Source of the DNA: Candidatus Yanofskybacteria bacterium | Lineage (GTDB): Bacteria; Patescibacteriota; Minisyncoccia; 2-02-FULL-40-12; GWA2-44-9 | Direction: 5' to 3' | DNA: 64,000 nucleotides | Assembly (NCBI GenBank): GCA_020847715.1 | Contig: JADLBM010000007.1 | Location: 8,624 to 72,623, forward strand | Part shown: positions 57,041 to 64,000 of the stretch, piece after piece | Numbering within the stretch: the first letter of the stretch is position 1 | Layout: each line of letters starts with the position of its first letter | Position numbers and translations under genes: made by a program | Notes under the pieces: generated by a model | What the model saw: only the letters and a program-made list of their open reading frames with translations | Databases searched by the model: none | What the model was told of the DNA's origin: nothing

Positions 57041-58372
57041 ATGCACAAAAAGCTCTGGGGTTACCTCTTTGGTTCCGTATTCCGTCGTGGAGCGACGTTT
57101 CTGACCGCCCTGACGTTCGCGAGTTACATACTCGGCCTGGTGCGCGACATGCTGTTTGCTCGGGCGCTGGGAGCCGGACGCCTCCTCGATGTGTACAACG
57201 CGGCATTCATTGTGCCGGACACACTCCTCAATGTCTTCGTCGCAGGCGCCCTTGCGGCGGCATTCGTGCCCGTGTTCACACACCTCCTCGCACACGAGCG
57301 CACCCATGATGCCCGCCAGCTCGCCGCAACAATGCTCGCCGGCGCGCCGAGCGCGATGCTCATCATCGGCATCGTTGCACTCATCTTCATGCCACAGATC
57401 GCCGGTATCGTTGCCCCCGGATTCTCGCCTGATGAAATGGCGCTCCTTGTCCGCATGAGCCGCCTCATGCTCCTCTCTCCCATTCTGTTCGCGCTTTCCA
57501 ATACACTCGGCGGCATTCTCGTGTCGCTCGAGCGTTTTATCGGATACGGCCTCTCTCCGGTGCTCTATAATCTCGGCATCATCGCGGGGGTGTTCCTCGT
57601 CCCCCTGTGGGGCCCGGTCGGCCTCGTCGTTGGCACGATAAGCGGAGCCGCCCTTCATCTCGCCTCCCGCTTGTTCGCCCTCTGGCGCTCCGGATTCAGG
57701 CCATCCGGCCCGATACGCCTCGGGAACCCCAACGTCCGACAGGTACTCAAGCTCATGATCCCCCGCATGGCAGGTCAGCCCATTGAGCAGCTCACCTTCT
57801 TCCTGTTCACAAACCTCGCCTCGTCGCTCGCTGTCGGATCCATCGCCATGATGAGTTTTGCTCGCAACTTCCAGTCCGTCCCTGTCGCGCTCTTTGGCAT
57901 CTCCTTCTCCACGGCGGTCTTCGCGTCGCTCTCGCGGACCGCGGCGCTGAACGACGACGTGGGATTCATGCGGGCGCTCAAAGGGGCCGCGCAGCCGCTC
58001 GCGGTCGTCTCGCTTCTGTCTGCGGCGTTCTACCTGTTCGCAGGCCGATTCGTCATTGATCTGTTCCTTGGCGGCGGACGATTCGGTCCCGAACAGGTCA
58101 CCGCAACCGCGCGACTCCTCGGCGTGTTCGCGTTCTCCATCCCCGCAGAAAGCTTCATTCACCTCTTCGTACGGGCATTCTACGCGCTCAAGGACACGTG
58201 GACCCCTATCTTCGTATCCGTCCCTGGACTCGCCCTCATCTGGGTCCTAGCACATGCATTGATGCCAGCATTCGGCCTCAACGCGCTCGGCCTGTCGTAT
58301 GTTATCTCCGTTTCACTCGAGGGCATCGTCCTCTTCTTCCTCCTCCGACGACGGCTCCGCGTAGCTCGATAA
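57041..58372 (+). CDS. murJ: Lipid II flippase MurJ/MviN
   Basis: LGLVRD, AAFIVPD, AFVPVF, RAFYALKDT. Confidence 0.92.
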   Translation: MHKKLWGYLFGSVFRRGATFLTALTFASYILGLVRDMLFARALGAGRLLDVYNAAFIVPDTLLNVFVAGALAAAFVPVFTHLLAHERTHDARQLAATMLAGAPSAMLIIGIVALIFMPQIAGIVAPGFSPDEMALLVRMSRLMLLSPILFALSNTLGGILVSLERFIGYGLSPVLYNLGIIAGVFLVPLWGPVGLVVGTISGAALHLASRLFALWRSGFRPSGPIRLGNPNVRQVLKLMIPRMAGQPIEQLTFFLFTNLASSLAVGSIAMMSFARNFQSVPVALFGISFSTAVFASLSRTAALNDDVGFMRALKGAAQPLAVVSLLSAAFYLFAGRFVIDLFLGGGRFGPEQVTATARLLGVFAFSIPAESFIHLFVRAFYALKDTWTPIFVSVPGLALIWVLAHALMPAFGLNALGLSYVISVSLEGIVLFFLLRRRLRVAR

Positions 58373-58411
58373 GTGGAACATTGACGGCCCGTGTCGGAAA
58401 CTCCGACGGTT

Positions 58412-59230
58412 TTATTTATTCGGATAGACCACGATAATGGCTCGCCGTCCGGTCTTGATGTATTCTGCAGGGTCCACATCCGCAGGCCACGCATCACCAC
58501 CCTGCGGGACATCGTGCATCGCATTCAAGAACACCGCCGGAGCATAGGTGAGATTGCGTCCGTGGCGCGTTCCAACATCGTTCGTGATGATATCTCCATT
58601 CTCCGCAATACCTTTGACCACCAGCATGTGGTATGCAGGCCCCGGCTGCGTGTAGTACTTATTCTCCAGCAAGCGCCCCGCGAGTGGCACAATAACCGGC
58701 CGCCCTGCGCGTACATGCTCGGCAATACGCTCGGTGCCCACGCCATATTCCACATCGACGCGATGATAGCCGTACACCTCGCGGAGCATGATTCCGGTCT
58801 CAGCGGCAGTCGTGTGCTGATAGTAGCCGAACCGCTCCTGTTGCCATGCAACAAGACGGAGAATTTCTGACTCAACATCTTCCACAGAAAGAGTCGTGCC
58901 ACGCCAATACGCATCCACCAAGAGCGCACTCGTTTCCTCACAAGCCTCCTGCCACGGGAGCGACCAATCACCACGGGGAGCTTGCGCTGAAAAAGGCACC
59001 GCAAGATTAATGGCTTCCGGCGTCACAGAGACAGAGAGACGCGGGGATACGGATGGACGAACAGACACCGAAGGAGAAGTTGGCGTTGCCGTAAATCGAG
59101 GCTGCTCGCTGGGAACAGGCGGTTTTGCCAGCTCAATGAATGTGTCGCGAATAGCATTTCGCCACACCACAGCAACAATAAGTGCACTGAACGCAAGAGC
59201 GAGAATAACGTGAGAACGAAAAAACCTCAT
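58412..59230 (-). CDS. C39-like peptidase family protein
   Basis: VPFSAQAP, EACEE, YHMLVVKG, ITND. Confidence 0.85.
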   Translation of the reverse strand: MRFFRSHVILALAFSALIVAVVWRNAIRDTFIELAKPPVPSEQPRFTATPTSPSVSVRPSVSPRLSVSVTPEAINLAVPFSAQAPRGDWSLPWQEACEETSALLVDAYWRGTTLSVEDVESEILRLVAWQQERFGYYQHTTAAETGIMLREVYGYHRVDVEYGVGTERIAEHVRAGRPVIVPLAGRLLENKYYTQPGPAYHMLVVKGIAENGDIITNDVGTRHGRNLTYAPAVFLNAMHDVPQGGDAWPADVDPAEYIKTGRRAIIVVYPNK

Positions 59231-59275
59231 GAGCTTGCATAGTAGCACAAAAACAGGGGAAGAAAAAGCCCCGTC

Positions 59276-59830
59276 CTATGACGGGGCGCCTTCAGAAACG
59301 CCGAAGAACAGCCCGAGTTCAGTGATCGCACGCGCAGCGTATTCGCTCCGCGTTTCCGTCCACAGCGTGTAGAGCTGCAACACATCAGCCGGCCGCATGG
59401 TCGCCAACACCGTACCGCACCGAGCCATGACATCCGAGAGCTTGGCGAATCGCTCCCCAAGCTCATTGAACGGATACGCCCCACAATACAGGTATGCGCG
59501 TTGCCCCACGTGCCGGTACAGCGTAAAACTCCCAGAGCTACGACGGGAACACTCAACCTGCCACCAGACGAAGCGAGTAAGTGCGTGGTCTCCCACCTCC
59601 CTGAGCATGCGCCCGCGCTCTGGCGAGCCGCTCGATACTCTCAGCGCTTCAACGAACCGCACCCCCAAGGGCAAATCCGTCCGAGCATCCTGCACCATCT
59701 GGCGAGCAAGGAGCGCCGTGAGGTAGAACTCCACGAGTGCCGAGACTCGGACGCGCTCCCGCCGCATGGCATCGGCGAGCGTTTCCCGGAAAAACTCGTC
59801 TGCCGAGTGACAACCGACCACAATGCTCAT
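59276..59830 (-). CDS. Conserved hypothetical helical protein
   Basis: EFFRE...FYLTALL...LREVGD.AL...GQRAY...FNELGERF; SD GGGAGG. Confidence 0.65.
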   Translation of the reverse strand: MSIVVGCHSADEFFRETLADAMRRERVRVSALVEFYLTALLARQMVQDARTDLPLGVRFVEALRVSSGSPERGRMLREVGDHALTRFVWWQVECSRRSSGSFTLYRHVGQRAYLYCGAYPFNELGERFAKLSDVMARCGTVLATMRPADVLQLYTLWTETRSEYAARAITELGLFFGVSEGAPS

Positions 59831-59930
59831 CGCGCCCTCCCTTCGGAAAGAACGATGCTCACCAGTATACGCGCCAACCTTGCAGACACAAGATTGCCCA
59901 GTCGTCGGCCACGGTATAGGATATGGGCAT

Positions 59931-60452
59931 ATGGCACCACTCAATATCCATCCGTTGTTCGTGCACTTCCCCGTAGCGCTCCTGACGCTTGCCGCGCTCC
60001 TTGAGCTCGTCCGCTTCCAAAGACTCCTCCAGCGATCCTATCTGTTCTATACAAAAGCGTTCCTCGTCATCACGGGAACGATAACTGGATTCGCCGCGTT
60101 CCAGACGGGTGAACTCCTCGAGCATCTCTACGATGGCACCTCAACGGCGCGCGTGGTCGAACTCCACGCAACCCTTGCGAGCGCCACCCTCGCGCTCTTC
60201 GGGATACTCTCAGTCTTCTACATCACCCAGTGGCTTGAGCGAGAACAGCTTCTTCCACGGCTGCGCCACATGCAGCTCTTCCGCATGCTCCACGCGCTCG
60301 GCCAGCGCGTTACCGGAACAAGCTTCGCGTATCTCACCGGTGCCGCAGGACTCCTGCTCATCACGCTCACCGGCGCACTCGGCGGCATCATCGCATACGG
60401 ACCGGACATCGATCCGGTTGCGTCGTTCGTGTATCGTCTCCTCTTCCGCTAG
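59931..60452 (+). CDS. DUF2231 membrane protein
   Basis: HPLFVHFPVAL, TG..GG. Confidence 0.85.
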   Translation: MAPLNIHPLFVHFPVALLTLAALLELVRFQRLLQRSYLFYTKAFLVITGTITGFAAFQTGELLEHLYDGTSTARVVELHATLASATLALFGILSVFYITQWLEREQLLPRLRHMQLFRMLHALGQRVTGTSFAYLTGAAGLLLITLTGALGGIIAYGPDIDPVASFVYRLLFR

Positions 60453-60901
60453 GAGGCTTGCCCCGCGCGGCGATGCCACGCATCAAGGCCCCAGAACCGC
60501 CCGGCGCTCGACGCCGCGAAGAAAAGGAGAAGGACGATATAGATGATGTGCTGGTCTACGATGAACGCATTGGCGTTCGGATGCGGAAACTCGAGCGGAA
60601 CGAGGTAGTAGAGCGCCATCATCAATGCTCCCAGCGGAGCGCTGAAACGCACCAGTGCACCCAGCATCAGCGATAGTCCGATGAGCGTCAGTCCCCACTC
60701 GTTCAGGAGGTTTGTAACCGGAAGCACGCTCGGACTTGCGAACCAGTGGAAAAGCGCTGGGAACGTTTTCGCTCCTTGGAGGTATCCCGCCGCGGACCAC
60801 GCCGGATCCATCAACTTCACGACACCGGCATAGAAAAACATCCACCCGAGCGCGATACGAAGTATGGCGAGAAGCGGCTTCGAGATGCTTGATGGTATCA
60901 T
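60449..60901 (-). CDS. DoxX family protein
   Basis: LRIALGWMFFYAG, GRFWGLD. Confidence 0.85.
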   Translation of the reverse strand: MIPSSISKPLLAILRIALGWMFFYAGVVKLMDPAWSAAGYLQGAKTFPALFHWFASPSVLPVTNLLNEWGLTLIGLSLMLGALVRFSAPLGALMMALYYLVPLEFPHPNANAFIVDQHIIYIVLLLFFAASSAGRFWGLDAWHRRAGQAS

Positions 60902-60933
60902 ACCGTTAGTATACCACCGGAGAGCCCGCAGAC

Positions 60934-62028
60934 TTATGCACTGTCACGCTCTTGGAATCCGAAGGTGAGCGTAGCGGCTCCAATGAGAAGCGCCCCCCAC
61001 ACGAGCATACCGAGCAGATCCCCCGCAATGTCGGAGAGCCCGGCGTCACGCGTCATGACCTCACGGAGTGCGGTCGAGAAGAACGAGAGCGGAAGGAACT
61101 TCGCAACATGCTGGAGCCAATTCGGCATGCTTGAAATCGGAAAGAAGGTTCCGCCCAAGAACAGCATCGGGAATACAAGAAGGTTGGCAAGCGCCGGAAC
61201 CGACTCAACAGTCTTCGCGATACCCGACACAGTAAACCCAAGACCAAGGAACATCAGTGCGCCCAATACAACGCACAGCGCGACGAGTACATAGGAACCG
61301 ACAACGGTAGCGTTCAACAGTAGCACGCCCACCAGGATAAAGATCGAGGTCTGCACGACCGAAACTCCCAAGCGGGTAAGTGCGTTCGCCGCAACGAACT
61401 GGAACGGCCGCATCGGCGTCGCTGCAAGTCGGCGCAGCACACCCTTCTCCTTGTACTGTACAAAGAGGAATGCGACTGAGAACACGGACATCTGCATGAC
61501 CGACATCGCAATCAGCCCCGGCAGAAGAAAGTCGATGTACTTTAGGTCGCGAGACGCGACCTTCTCCTGACGAAGCGTGAAGAACGTCGGGGCCTGCGCG
61601 AGCGCGAGACTCGTTTTGTCGAGGTACTGATTGAGCATGGAGATCGTAGACTGTGCCTGCACGGGTTGCCCGTCATTCACATAGACCACCAACTCTCGGG
61701 GAGCCTGCGCAGCGCCATCGATGAGGTCGTCCGGCATAGCGACAACAACGGTCCGATCCCCTTCCTCCAGCGCAGCGCGCTCATCTGCGAGCGTCCCTTC
61801 ATGCACCTTAAACACCTTGAGCTCCTTGAGCTTTGCAATGAACTGCGCGGTTCCTGGCTGCGGCGCCGAAGCAACAATGCCGATATCATACGTCGGCGGC
61901 GTATCAAAACCGATCATCCCGAAGATGACCATAATGACCAACGGCATGAAGAGCGTGAAGAAGAGTGCCTGCTTGCTTCGCAGGAAGATGAGCGCGGATG
62001 ACGTAACGAGGGTTCGGAATGTATTCAT
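60934..62028 (-). CDS. ABC-2 type transporter permease
   Basis: YIDFLLPG, RLAATP, FLGGTFFP. Confidence 0.92.
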   Translation of the reverse strand: MNTFRTLVTSSALIFLRSKQALFFTLFMPLVIMVIFGMIGFDTPPTYDIGIVASAPQPGTAQFIAKLKELKVFKVHEGTLADERAALEEGDRTVVVAMPDDLIDGAAQAPRELVVYVNDGQPVQAQSTISMLNQYLDKTSLALAQAPTFFTLRQEKVASRDLKYIDFLLPGLIAMSVMQMSVFSVAFLFVQYKEKGVLRRLAATPMRPFQFVAANALTRLGVSVVQTSIFILVGVLLLNATVVGSYVLVALCVVLGALMFLGLGFTVSGIAKTVESVPALANLLVFPMLFLGGTFFPISSMPNWLQHVAKFLPLSFFSTALREVMTRDAGLSDIAGDLLGMLVWGALLIGAATLTFGFQERDSA

Positions 62029-62031
62029 AGA

Positions 62032-63093
62032 TTATTCGCGGAGCTGATGACCGGTAAGGTTCAGGAAAACATCCTCGAGCGACGGGCGCTTGAGAGTCAG
62101 CGAACCGATAGCAAATCCCTGCGTGCGTCCTGCACCGAAGAGATCGTCGAGCGTATGGCGAGGCTGGGCTGTCGCAACGAAGTGAGTGCCGTCCTCGTGG
62201 CGAACGGAGCGAACCTCGCGAAGACCCGCCAGCAGTGTCTCATCCACCTGCCGATCGCTCGTGAACTCGATAATCGCATCGCCCCCATGAGCGGCTAGAA
62301 GGTTCGCGGTCGTGTCGAGCGCCACAATGACACCGTGGTCCATAACCGCGATCCGGTCGCAAAGAACCTCGGCCTCGTCCATGTAGTGCGTTGTCAGAAC
62401 CACAGTCGTCCCGCGTGCATTCACCTGCCGCACTAAGTCCCACAGATTGCGGCGCGCCTGCGGGTCGAGTCCAGTGGTTGGTTCATCCAAAAAGAGAACG
62501 ACCGGCTCATTCACGAGTCCTACCGCGATGGAAAATCGCTGCTTCTGCCCACCGGACAGCTCATTCACTTTGCTCGTTGCCTTTTCCTGCAACTGCACAT
62601 CAGCAAGGAGAGCGTCCGGATCAACGGTGCGATCGTAAAACGAAGCGAACAATATCAGCGTCTCGCGAAGGGTAAGCCCGTCGAAGAAGGTGCTCGCCTG
62701 CGGCTGCACTCCGATACGATGCTTCACCGCATTGGCCTGCGTCGCAACGTTGAGTCCGTCAATGTGAATAGAGCCGGAGGTCGGATTACGGAGCCCCTCA
62801 ATCATCTCGAGTGTCGTGGTCTTGCCAGCTCCGTTCGGGCCGAGGATGCCAAACACCTCTCCGCGGCGGACGGTAAACGAAATGCCCGCCACCGCCGTGG
62901 TGGTGGCATAGCGCTTCACCAAGTCTGCGACTTCAATAACGTCTGCGCTTCCCATAGGGACAACCGAATGTCCGAATGCCGCCGCAAGATGCGCGGTCGT
63001 CCAGCCGGCATCAGCAAGCGCACGGGCAGCCTCGGCCATGGTCATGCCTGCGTTTGCCGCGTCAGAGAGATATTGTGCGAGCGGAGATTGCAT
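62032..63093 (-). CDS. ABC transporter ATP-binding protein
   Basis: GPNGAGKT, LSGGQ, DEPTTGLD, SLEDVF. Confidence 0.95.
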   Translation of the reverse strand: MQSPLAQYLSDAANAGMTMAEAARALADAGWTTAHLAAAFGHSVVPMGSADVIEVADLVKRYATTTAVAGISFTVRRGEVFGILGPNGAGKTTTLEMIEGLRNPTSGSIHIDGLNVATQANAVKHRIGVQPQASTFFDGLTLRETLILFASFYDRTVDPDALLADVQLQEKATSKVNELSGGQKQRFSIAVGLVNEPVVLFLDEPTTGLDPQARRNLWDLVRQVNARGTTVVLTTHYMDEAEVLCDRIAVMDHGVIVALDTTANLLAAHGGDAIIEFTSDRQVDETLLAGLREVRSVRHEDGTHFVATAQPRHTLDDLFGAGRTQGFAIGSLTLKRPSLEDVFLNLTGHQLRE

Positions 63094-63144
63094 AGCGACA
63101 TATTATATAACACATTTGAGAAACATGCAATAAACCCCGCGAAC

Positions 63145-63384
63145 CTAGGAAATTCGCGGGGAAAACGACACCGAGGACACCACCTCTGCCCACTCAACCT
63201 CAGGGAGCCGCATCAGAGCCTCGCGCCACGCCACCGGATCGCCCTGCGCGACTCGGACAGCATACAGCCCTCGCACCCGATCGAACACCTGCGCCCACGC
63301 AACAAACGATGCCCCAAAATCCGCAAGAATACGCTCACCAACCCCGTGGTCGGTGGATCGCCGGAACAGCAGCAGTATCATCAC
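63145..63384 (-). CDS. Small hypothetical protein (ferredoxin/I9-like fold?)
   Basis: SD GGAGG; LPEVEWAE motif. Confidence 0.45.
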   Translation of the reverse strand: MMILLLFRRSTDHGVGERILADFGASFVAWAQVFDRVRGLYAVRVAQGDPVAWREALMRLPEVEWAEVVSSVSFSPRIS

Positions 63385-63390
63385 CCCTCC

Positions 63391-63606
63391 TCACGGCCGA
63401 TTGTGGCGCATATTATCAAGCGCCCATGAATATTCAATCACCAGCACAGGTATCCACTGCGGCTCGTCGTGAACGATGAACATGACAACACCAAACACGA
63501 GCGCCGCGGTATTAATGATGAAAAAAAGGATATCGAACAGCTCCTCGTGCCGAGAAGTTTCTTCGTTGTTCGTAATGTAGAGAAACCAGCGATGAAGTCG
63601 GCTCAT
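63391..63606 (-). CDS. Small membrane protein
   Basis: Hydrophobic helices; upstream GAGGAG. Confidence 0.6.
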   Translation of the reverse strand: MSRLHRWFLYITNNEETSRHEELFDILFFIINTAALVFGVVMFIVHDEPQWIPVLVIEYSWALDNMRHNRP

Positions 63607-63699
63607 GCTGCGACCGTACTCCTCTCAGGGGACAATGCAACCTATCTTGCGTGCCCCGCACAGGGCTGGTACCGTTGGCGTAGCACACACGGAGGATAT

Positions 63700-63822
63700 A
63701 TGCGCACCCCCACTACGCACCCCCCGGAACCTCGCTGCGGACACCCCATCGGCCTCTCGGGGTACATACGCCTCACCTGCTCGCTCCCAAAGAATCACAC
63801 CGGCGCACACCGCGCGTTCTAA
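63700..63822 (+). CDS. 40-aa peptide with C..C..H..H pattern
   Basis: SD GGAGG; RCGHP...TCSLPKNHTGAH; hairpin terminator follows. Confidence 0.4.
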   Translation: MRTPTTHPPEPRCGHPIGLSGYIRLTCSLPKNHTGAHRAF

Positions 63823-63890
63823 CTCCCCCCTTGGGGAGTTTTTCTATAACAGAACACACGGAGCCCCTGTAGGGGCTCCGTGGAGTGAGG

Positions 63891-64000
63891 CTATCGAGCT
63901 TTCTTGCGCGCCGCGAGCATCGCCCGCTTCGTCGCCAATCGCTTCTTGGTCTTCGGGGGATGTGCGCGCTTCCTGGTTGCCTTCCGCCCGATTGCGCCGT
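63891..64000 (-). CDS. C-terminal part of a highly basic small protein (partial)
   Basis: ...RKATRKRAHPPKTKKRLATKRAMLAARKKAR*; hairpin at 63859-63882. Confidence 0.5.
   Translation of the reverse strand, partial: GAIGRKATRKRAHPPKTKKRLATKRAMLAARKKAR

Overview
A GC-rich, gene-dense bacterial chromosome segment. Its content suggests Patescibacteria/CPR, probably Parcubacteria (inference): a short EF-Ts, an N-truncated RF1, the rpiB-rpe-pfkB-hyp-fba sugar cluster, many Pro/Thr-rich surface proteins and mostly leaderless core genes. It holds translation genes (rpmG, tsf, rpsB, rpmE, prfA, rplY, typA, obgE, tgt), four tRNAs (Trp-CCA, Thr-GGT, Tyr-GTA, Thr-TGT), glycolysis/PPP genes (fba, pfkB, rpe, rpiB, eno, pyk), redox genes, envelope genes (uppP, murJ, a PMT, MacAB-like and ABC-2 transporters) and scattered SD-led accessory genes. 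The most striking signal is two long gaps without credible protein genes inside the sugar cluster (23.4-24.3 kb and 25.3-25.8 kb). They carry three near-consensus sigma70 promoters, dense stem-loops and + strand intrinsic terminators, which points to three probable large structured ncRNAs antisense to the flanking genes. None matches an RNA family I can recognise. Other oddities: a 955-aa tandem degenerate/intact metallophosphoesterase beside a triple-repeat membrane protein, an inverted tRNA-Trp T-arm element followed by a HEPN gene, an attenuator-like leader for a 1622-aa surface protein, a barrel-only pyruvate kinase, a Zn-less TGT and a beta-barrel-like exported protein. All calls come from manual motif reading; no database search was run.
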